Of a DNA stretch of 64,000 nt, positions 57,260 through 64,000 are shown one piece after another (the stretch's first letter is position 1; every line of letters begins with the position of its first letter). Source of the DNA: Clostridia bacterium (GTDB lineage Bacteria; Bacillota; Clostridia; Christensenellales; UBA1242). The notes below the pieces were generated by a model. The model had not been told where the DNA came from, searched no databases, and saw only the letters and a program-made list of their open reading frames with translations. The stretch is taken from NCBI GenBank assembly GCA_017398655.1, contig JAFQFI010000055.1, positions 51-64,050 of the forward strand, in the 5' to 3' direction. Made by a program: the position numbers and the translations under genes.

Positions 57260-57967
57260 ATGACCGAATTTATTGAAAATATATTTTCAACATTATTTGG
57301 CAATAATGTTATTTTAGCAACAATTTTAATTGCTATTGTTCCTGTTATAGAACTTAAAGGGGCAATACCTTTTTCTATGTCTCCACAAATTTGGGGTGCT
57401 GCAGCATTGCCTTATTGGGAAGCTTTTTTATATGGTTTAATTGGAAGCAGTTTGGTTGTTCCTATTCTTGCTTTACTTTATATTCCACTTATAAATTGGT
57501 TAAAAAAGACAAAACTTTTTAAACGCCTTGCAGAAAAGTTAGAGAATAGAGTTAATAGAAAAAAAGAAAGATTGGAAGAAAAAGCTGAAAATGAAAATAC
57601 TATTAAAGATGTTGAAGTAACGCAACAAAACAAAGAGGCAAATACAAGTAAAAAAAGAGTTTATGATAAAAAGTTTTTCTTAAAGTTATTGGGTGTATTT
57701 GCTTTTGTTGCAATACCTCTTCCATTAACAGGAGTTTGGACAGGCACTTGTATTGCTATTGCTCTTGGGCTTGGTTTTTGGTGGAGTTGTGCAAGTGTAA
57801 TTTTGGGCAATGTTGTTGCAGGTTTACTTATAACTTTGGTTTCAAGTTTATTTGGAGATGCCACTTTAGTTTTCTTTTATATTTTAATAGCAATAATATT
57901 AATTTTTGCTTTAATTAAGTTAATTTTAAAACTTATAAAAAACAAAAAAGAAAAACAAAATAATTAA
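57260..57967 (+). CDS. COG2426/'small multidrug export'-family membrane protein with an inserted charged loop
   Basis: N-terminal IAIVPVIELKGAIPF motif typical of the family. About 50-aa K/E/N-rich insertion between the TM halves. Confidence 0.6.
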   Translation: MTEFIENIFSTLFGNNVILATILIAIVPVIELKGAIPFSMSPQIWGAAALPYWEAFLYGLIGSSLVVPILALLYIPLINWLKKTKLFKRLAEKLENRVNRKKERLEEKAENENTIKDVEVTQQNKEANTSKKRVYDKKFFLKLLGVFAFVAIPLPLTGVWTGTCIAIALGLGFWWSCASVILGNVVAGLLITLVSSLFGDATLVFFYILIAIILIFALIKLILKLIKNKKEKQNN

Positions 57968-58128
57968 GTTTTTTAACAAAAAAAATTTATTTAGAATATT
58001 AATTACAAAACATTTTTGTATATTTATACTAATTTATTTTTTAAAACGAAATATTGCTTGATTTTTTAATTGCCATTGTGTTAAACTTATGTAGTCGATT
58101 TATGTTAAAAGGAGAAAATAAGAGCATT

Positions 58129-58890
58129 ATGTTTAAATTCTTTAAAAGATTTTGTGACATAGTTATATCTTTGGTAGCACTTATTGTGTTATCTCCTTTA
58201 TTATTACTTCTTTGTTTATTAACAGTAATTTTTAATGGGGCACCAGTTATATTTAAACAACCTCGTCCGGGCAAAGATGGAAAAATTTTTATGCTTTATA
58301 AATTTAGAAGTATGTCTAACAAAACCGATAAAAATGGAAATTTGTTACCAGATTCACAACGCATAACAAAGTTTGGTAAATTTATAAGAAAAACAAGTTT
58401 GGACGAATTACCTCAACTTGTAAATATTATTAAAGGTGATATGAGTATTGTTGGACCAAGACCACGACTTGTAAAAGATGTTATTTTTTATGGTCCTAAT
58501 GTAAGAAGTTTAAAAGTTCGTCCGGGTATTACAGGTTTATCACAAGTTAATGGAAGAAATAACAATACTTGGGAAAGTAGTTTTATTTACGACGCTTTAT
58601 ATATTCAAAAACAATCTTTGGGTTTGGATACAAAAATTTTCTTTAAAACATTTGAAGTTGTTTTTAAACAAACTGGTGTAAATTCTGGCGAAACAGATGT
58701 TCAAGATTATTATTATGGTGATTATTTGCTAAGAGTAGGCAAAATAACTCAAGAAGAATACAATGAAAAAATGCAAAAAGCAAAAATGATTTGTGATGAG
58801 TTTGTTGCTTCTAAGAAATTTAGAAAACACTTTGCAATGAAATCTGATATGGTAGAAGATTTTGATTTTGAACATAAACTTATTGATTAA
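58129..58890 (+). CDS. Polyprenyl-phosphate sugar phosphotransferase (small 'bacterial sugar transferase' family)
   Basis: Start moved to the ATG at 58129 (AAAGGAG RBS). Single TM helix. QPRPGKDGKIFMLYKFRSM, DELPQL and IVGPRP motifs. Confidence 0.85.
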   Translation: MFKFFKRFCDIVISLVALIVLSPLLLLLCLLTVIFNGAPVIFKQPRPGKDGKIFMLYKFRSMSNKTDKNGNLLPDSQRITKFGKFIRKTSLDELPQLVNIIKGDMSIVGPRPRLVKDVIFYGPNVRSLKVRPGITGLSQVNGRNNNTWESSFIYDALYIQKQSLGLDTKIFFKTFEVVFKQTGVNSGETDVQDYYYGDYLLRVGKITQEEYNEKMQKAKMICDEFVASKKFRKHFAMKSDMVEDFDFEHKLID

Positions 58891-59025
58891 TATAAAAAAT
58901 TAAGGCAGATATTTATCTGCCTTTTTTATTATAAAGTTGTTTTTTAATTAATATAAATATATAATATTTTATATTAAAATTGTTAAATAACTAATAATAT
59001 AAAAATTTATTAAAAGGTAAATTTT

Positions 59026-59691
59026 ATGAATTTTTGGAGTATATTTGCTATTGGTATTGGGTTATCTATGGATGCTTTTGCTGTTTCGGTTTGCAAAGGT
59101 CTTGGTATGCAAAAGTTAAATGTTTGGCAGATGGCAACAATATCACTATTCTTTGCTGTTTTTCAGTTTTTAATGCCTATATTGGGCTATTATGTATGCG
59201 TTAATTTTGAAAGTTATGTTGTGTCTTTTGACCATTGGATTGCTTTTATTTTACTTGGCTTTTTAGGTGCTAAAATGATTTTTGAAGCTTTTAAAGATGA
59301 TAAAGAAGACAAGTTGAAAAAAACTGAAAAAGCTTTAAAAGAAGATATTGAAAATCAAAATAAGATTAATAAAGAAGATAAAGAAAAAACAACTGTAGAC
59401 ACAAATACTAATGGTGAAAAATTAAATATAAAAGAGTTATTTGTTTTGGCAATTGCAACAAGTATTGATGCTTTGGCAGTAGGTATTACATTTGCCTTTT
59501 TAGATGTTAATATTTGGGGTTCTGGGGCAATAATTGGTGTTACTACTTTTGCTTTGTGTTGTATTGGTGTTGTTATTGGAAACTTTTTTGGTAGCAAGTT
59601 TAAAAAGCCAGCAGAAATTACTGGTGGAGTAATATTAATTTTAATGGGGTTAAAAATATTATTAGAGCATCTTGGAGTTATAGCTTTTTAA
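59026..59691 (+). CDS. mntP: Manganese efflux pump MntP with an enlarged central loop
   Basis: Duplicated GLSMDAFAVS / ATSIDALAVG motifs. About 45-aa K/E/D/N-rich central loop. Confidence 0.8.
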   Translation: MNFWSIFAIGIGLSMDAFAVSVCKGLGMQKLNVWQMATISLFFAVFQFLMPILGYYVCVNFESYVVSFDHWIAFILLGFLGAKMIFEAFKDDKEDKLKKTEKALKEDIENQNKINKEDKEKTTVDTNTNGEKLNIKELFVLAIATSIDALAVGITFAFLDVNIWGSGAIIGVTTFALCCIGVVIGNFFGSKFKKPAEITGGVILILMGLKILLEHLGVIAF

Positions 59692-59796
59692 GGTTTTAAA
59701 AAGCTCATTTTTAAAAATATGCTTAACTTTATTTGATTTTAGTTTAACAATTTAGTATTCTAAAATTGATAAAATATATAAAGGTAAAGATTTATA

Positions 59797-61059
59797 ATGA
59801 AAATTACAATTTTAGGTACAGGTTGTATTTGGACAAAACGCGCCTGTGCAAGTTATTTAATTAATGATGATATTATTGTAGACCCGGGTTCTGGTACTTT
59901 AAAACAATTGCTTAAAAGTTCAAATAAACTTTTGCATCATGAAAAAATTGAAAGAATTAAACTTATTTTAATTTCTCACTATCATTTAGACCACTATTTT
60001 GATGTTGTACACTTAATGTGGAAGATTGCTTCTGAAAAAAATCCAAACACAAGTGCAACCATTATTTGTCCACCGGGTGGAGAAGAGCGTATTAAATTGC
60101 TATGTCAACTTGGTATGAGCGATGCAACTTATGCAAAACTTAACTTTGAAAAATATATCAAATTTGTAGATGCTTCTAAAATGGGCACATTTAGATATAA
60201 CAATTTTGAAATTAAATCTTTAAAAATGGATCATGGCACAACAGAGTGTTATGGTTATATGATAAAAGAAGATAACGGAAAAGTTGTAAGTTTTACAGGA
60301 GACACTAATTATTGTCCTAATATGCAAATAATGCTTGATAATAGTGATATGGCTTTTGTTGATATGGCAGGAACCGATATTTCTAATAAACACTTTAATA
60401 TTATTGATGGTATTAATTTAATGAGAGAATACAAAGGCAGATGCAATATTGTTCCTTGCCACTTAACAAGTCAAGCATTAGATTATTGTATTGGCAGAAT
60501 TAATCCACCAAAAGATTTAATGGTTTTAGATACTTCTCTTGATACTCCATATGATTTTGAAATTAACAAAGAAAAAGAAAATATGTTAGAAGATGTTAAT
60601 TTTAAATTTGCAACTGATAAATTTGGTAAGATGGAGGGTGAAATTGTTGATCTTCAATTAATTTTAACAACTGCAGCTTCAAATAAATCTAAATTTCCAA
60701 CATACTGCTTTAATGTGTTGCTTCATAATAAAGAAGATGTTGTTGGAACAGTTAATTATAGTGTTGTTCCAGAATCAATTGAAAGCCATAGTGGTAATGT
60801 TAGTTTTGACCTTATGGAAGGTTATGACTTACCATCTGTTAAGTATGAATGTTGCAAGCTTGTTAAAAATGTTGCAAAACATCACAAATCAAATATTTTA
60901 TACTTTACTTGTTCTCCTAAAGATGAAAAAACAAGAAGGGTATATGAAAGTTTAGGTGCATTTTTAAAAGAAATAAAAACATATACTTATATGGACGAAA
61001 ACAATAAAAGACAAACAACAGAAAAATGTATTTGGGTTTGGGAGTTTAATCACAATTAA
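59797..61059 (+). CDS. Fusion protein: N-terminal MBL-fold hydrolase (RNase Z/ElaC-like) plus a C-terminal GNAT-like domain
   Basis: HxHxDH (SHYHLDH), later GDT and H residues. The C-terminal ~150 aa have a GNAT-like ending (RRVYESLGAF). Confidence 0.6.
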   Translation: MKITILGTGCIWTKRACASYLINDDIIVDPGSGTLKQLLKSSNKLLHHEKIERIKLILISHYHLDHYFDVVHLMWKIASEKNPNTSATIICPPGGEERIKLLCQLGMSDATYAKLNFEKYIKFVDASKMGTFRYNNFEIKSLKMDHGTTECYGYMIKEDNGKVVSFTGDTNYCPNMQIMLDNSDMAFVDMAGTDISNKHFNIIDGINLMREYKGRCNIVPCHLTSQALDYCIGRINPPKDLMVLDTSLDTPYDFEINKEKENMLEDVNFKFATDKFGKMEGEIVDLQLILTTAASNKSKFPTYCFNVLLHNKEDVVGTVNYSVVPESIESHSGNVSFDLMEGYDLPSVKYECCKLVKNVAKHHKSNILYFTCSPKDEKTRRVYESLGAFLKEIKTYTYMDENNKRQTTEKCIWVWEFNHN

Positions 61060-61275
61060 TAAAAAAATAGTAAGGATTGTGCCTTACTATTTTTCTATTT
61101 TATTTATTTGTTTATGTTTTTAACTTATAAAAATTAATAAATAAAAAAATAAGCAAGTCAATAAAAAAAGTACTTTTATTTTGTTATATTTTATGGTAAA
61201 ATGTACCAGTTTATAAATGTTATTGATAAAAAAAAGAAAACTTTAAGATAAGTTTTAAAAAGGAAAGAAGAAAAA

Positions 61276-63105
61276 ATGGAAAATAATAAGGTAAGAAATG
61301 TTGCTATTATTGCTCACGTTGACCACGGCAAAACAAGTTTGGTTAACGAATTATTAAAGCAAGGTGGCGCTTTTAGACAAAACCAAGAAGTTGAAGATAG
61401 GGTAATGGACTCTAATGCAATTGAAAGAGAAAGGGGTATTACAATTTTAAGTAAAAACGCTTCTTTTATGTATAAAGATATAAAAGTAAATGTTGTTGAT
61501 ACACCCGGACACGCTGACTTTGGTGGTGAAGTAGAAAGGGTTTTAAAAATGGTTGATGGCGTTTTATTGGTTGTTGATGCTTACGAAGGACCAATGCCAC
61601 AAACAAGATTTGTTTTAGAAAAAGCTTTAGAGTTAAATCATAAAGTTATTATTGTTATTAATAAAATAGATAGAAAAGATGCAAGATTAAATGAAGTTGC
61701 AGATGAAGTTTTAGAACTTTTATTAGACCTTAATGCTAATGATGAACAACTTGATAGCCCTATTGTGTACGCTTCTGCAAGAGGTGGAATTGCAACTCTT
61801 GACCCAACTCAAGATGGCAAAGATATGACTCCTCTTTTTGAAACAATTATTTCTCATATTCCTTGCCCAAAAGGTGATGAAGAAAAACCTTTTAAAATGC
61901 TTGTTAGTTCTACAGAACAAAATGATTTTTTAGGTAAACTTGCTGTTGGTAAAATTGAACAAGGTTCTTTAAAAATTAATCAAAACTTAGTTATTACAAA
62001 TTATCACGACGAGTCAAAAAATATTCCTTTTAAAGTTCAAAATATGTTTGAGTTTGTTGGTCTTAAAAGATTGCCAGTTCAAGAGGCAAAAGTAGGGGAT
62101 ATTGTTTGTATTGCTGGCGCTGATGACATAACAATTGGTGACACTTTAAGTGATAAAGATAATATTGATACTCTTCCTTTTGTAAAAATTAGCGAACCAA
62201 GTGTTGAAATGAGTTTTATGGTTAATAATAGCCCGTTTGCTGGCAAAGAAGGAAAATTCTGCACAAGTAGACAACTTAGAGACAGATTGTTTAAAGAGGC
62301 AGTTAAAGACCTTAGTTTAAAGGTATATGATACAGATAATGCCGATACTTTTAGGGTTTTAGGTCGTGGCGAAATGCACTTATCTATTCTTATGGAAAAC
62401 TTAAGAAGAGATGGTTATGAATTTCAAGTAAGTATGCCAAGAGTTTTGTATAAAGAAATTGATGGCAAAAAATACGAGCCAATTGAAAGATTGGTTGTAG
62501 ATTTGCCAGACGATAAAGCTGGTAATGTTATTAGTGTATTAGGTGCAAGAAAGGGTGAACTTGTAAATATGAATAGCCATAATGGCAGAACTCGTCTTGA
62601 ATATTTAATTCCTGCAAGAGGTTTGTTTGGTTATAAAGGTCAATTTATGACAGATACAAACGGCGAAGGAATTATGAGTAGTGTTTTCCATGAATATCAA
62701 GAATTTAAAGGTAACTTAACAAGAAGAAACTATGGTATGCTTGTTGCTTTTGAAACAGGCGAAGCTGTTCAATATGGTTTATTCTATTCTCAACAACATG
62801 GCAAACTATTTATTGGCCCGGGAGACAAAGTTTATGGTGGTATGATTGTTGGTACAAACCCAAGGGTTGACGATATTGTTGTTAATGTTTGCAAAACAAA
62901 ACACTTAACAAATACTCGTTCAAGTTCAAGTGATGATGCTTTAAGATTGGAACCAGTTCAAAAACCAAGCTTAGAACAATATCTTGATATGCTTGATGAA
63001 GATGAGTTATTAGAAATTACTCCAGTTACAATTAGAATGCGTAAGAAAACCTTAGACCATACAATAAGAGGTAGAGAAGATTTTAGACGCAAAAATCAAC
63101 AATAA
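61276..63105 (+). CDS. typA: Translational GTPase TypA/BipA
   Basis: G1 AHVDHGKT, G3 DTPGHADF, G4 NKIDR. Full-length BipA-type C-terminus. Confidence 0.95.
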   Translation: MENNKVRNVAIIAHVDHGKTSLVNELLKQGGAFRQNQEVEDRVMDSNAIERERGITILSKNASFMYKDIKVNVVDTPGHADFGGEVERVLKMVDGVLLVVDAYEGPMPQTRFVLEKALELNHKVIIVINKIDRKDARLNEVADEVLELLLDLNANDEQLDSPIVYASARGGIATLDPTQDGKDMTPLFETIISHIPCPKGDEEKPFKMLVSSTEQNDFLGKLAVGKIEQGSLKINQNLVITNYHDESKNIPFKVQNMFEFVGLKRLPVQEAKVGDIVCIAGADDITIGDTLSDKDNIDTLPFVKISEPSVEMSFMVNNSPFAGKEGKFCTSRQLRDRLFKEAVKDLSLKVYDTDNADTFRVLGRGEMHLSILMENLRRDGYEFQVSMPRVLYKEIDGKKYEPIERLVVDLPDDKAGNVISVLGARKGELVNMNSHNGRTRLEYLIPARGLFGYKGQFMTDTNGEGIMSSVFHEYQEFKGNLTRRNYGMLVAFETGEAVQYGLFYSQQHGKLFIGPGDKVYGGMIVGTNPRVDDIVVNVCKTKHLTNTRSSSSDDALRLEPVQKPSLEQYLDMLDEDELLEITPVTIRMRKKTLDHTIRGREDFRRKNQQ

Positions 63106-63110
63106 AATTA

Positions 63111-63148
63111 AAAAGAGTATAGTAAATAAAATTGCTATACTCTTTTTT
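63111..63148 (+). terminator. Rho-independent terminator after typA
   Basis: 9-bp stem AGAGTATAG/CTATACTCT followed by a T-run. Confidence 0.75.
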
Positions 63149-63282
63149 ATATTTAAAATTATTTTAGTAGCCATAAAATGCTTTATTTTAAAGGCATTAA
63201 GGGTTAAATAAATGTTTACTTTTAATAAAAAAAATGATAATATAACATTGTTGAAAAACATACACACTTTTAGGGGGTATAT

Positions 63283-63975
63283 ATGAACTATTCATCAGAA
63301 GTAGAAAATATGTGCGTTGTAAAAAAAGGCGCAAATCATGGCCCAGCTCCTATTCCAGAAGAAGCAAAATGGGTTAAGGTAAAAGAAATTAAAGATATTT
63401 CAGGTTTGACACACGGTGTTGGCTGGTGTGCTCCACAACAAGGTGCTTGTAAACTTACTCTTAATATTAAAGATGGTATTATTGAAGAAGCTCTTATTGA
63501 AACACTTGGTTGTTCTGGTATGACTCACTCTGCAGCAATGGCAAGTGAAATTTTAGTAGGTAAAACAATTTTAGAAGCTCTTAACACAGACCTTGTTTGT
63601 GACGCTATTAACACTGCTATGAGAGAATTATTCTTACAAATTGTATATGGTAGAAGCCAATCAGCATTCTCTGAAAATGGTTTGCCAGTTGGTGCTGGAC
63701 TTGAAGACCTTGGTAAAGGACACAGAAGCCAAGTTGGTACTTGCTATAGTACAAAACTTAAAGGACCAAGATACTTAGAACTTTCAGAAGGTTATATTAC
63801 AAAAATTGGTCTTGATAAAAATAACGAAATTATTGGTTATGAATTTGTTAACCTTGGCAAAATGATGGAAAACATCAAAAAAGGTATCGAACCTCTTGAA
63901 GCTATTCAAAAAGCAAGTGGTAAATACGGCAGAATGGAAGACGCTGTAAAAACCATTGACCCAAGGGAAGAATAA
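63283..63975 (+). CDS. NifU/IscU-N-terminal-like domain protein with a C-terminal extension
   Basis: C..Q.GACKLTLNIKDGIIEEALIETLGCSGMTHSAAMASEILVGKT resembles the IscU scaffold core. GGGGG RBS. A GGGAGG RBS for the next gene lies at the window edge. Confidence 0.5.
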   Translation: MNYSSEVENMCVVKKGANHGPAPIPEEAKWVKVKEIKDISGLTHGVGWCAPQQGACKLTLNIKDGIIEEALIETLGCSGMTHSAAMASEILVGKTILEALNTDLVCDAINTAMRELFLQIVYGRSQSAFSENGLPVGAGLEDLGKGHRSQVGTCYSTKLKGPRYLELSEGYITKIGLDKNNEIIGYEFVNLGKMMENIKKGIEPLEAIQKASGKYGRMEDAVKTIDPREE

Positions 63976-64000
63976 TAGGAATAGAAAGGGAGGATAGATA

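Noticed and set aside
58891-59025. An expected yybP-ykoY (manganese) riboswitch upstream of mntP.
   Set aside because: The 135-nt intergenic region is almost pure A/T apart from the upstream gene's terminator (AAGGCAGAT...ATCTGCCTT). It has none of the G/C-rich conserved helices that such a riboswitch needs.

Overview
This is a strongly AT-rich (judged by eye, not computed), gene-dense chromosomal window. It comes from a low-GC, endospore-forming Bacillota (Firmicutes)-type bacterium that uses the standard bacterial code: TAA, TAG and TGA all terminate well-supported genes. I can support about 60 protein genes and one tRNA-Thr. I see no rRNA, no CRISPR array, and no transposase, integrase or phage genes.

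The backbone is ordinary housekeeping:
- a glycerol module: a three-gene G3P dehydrogenase-like set, divergent from glpK and a lipase-like hydrolase
- prmC-prfA
- rpmG-secE-nusG-rplK-rplA
- thyA-folA
- a DnaD-domain protein plus a DnaI-like loader
- pflB-pflA
- maf, an ABC-F ATPase, typA and mntP
- sporulation-associated genes: spoIIP and a BclA-like collagen-repeat protein

The parts worth a second look are:
1. A translationally coupled operon at 34962-40278: an OmpR-type regulator, a histidine kinase, three orphan membrane proteins and a cardiolipin synthase. A separately terminated two-gene satellite unit sits at 40478-41184, and its first gene is a paralog of one operon member. Both units are preceded by a nearly identical 19-nt element with 11-bp-phased TTTACA half-sites. 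I read this as a candidate, undescribed envelope-stress or lipid-remodelling regulon.
2. A promoter, a 50-codon ORF and a terminator whose loop contains the ORF's stop codon, all upstream of an MFS-like transporter.
3. An orphan gene trio between prfA and rpmG. It includes a protein with a histone-H1-like lysine-rich tail and an ORF junction at a G4 run.
4. A cytoplasmic HEXXH protein whose promoter geometry predicts a leaderless mRNA.
5. Duplicated GUGG-GAGA-hairpin-CCAC elements upstream of rplK and rplA.
6. Smaller oddities: a HAD gene with an in-frame TAA, an MBL-GNAT fusion, and a tRNA with an unusual T-loop.

All functional calls rest on motifs I could read in the translations. No database search was possible.
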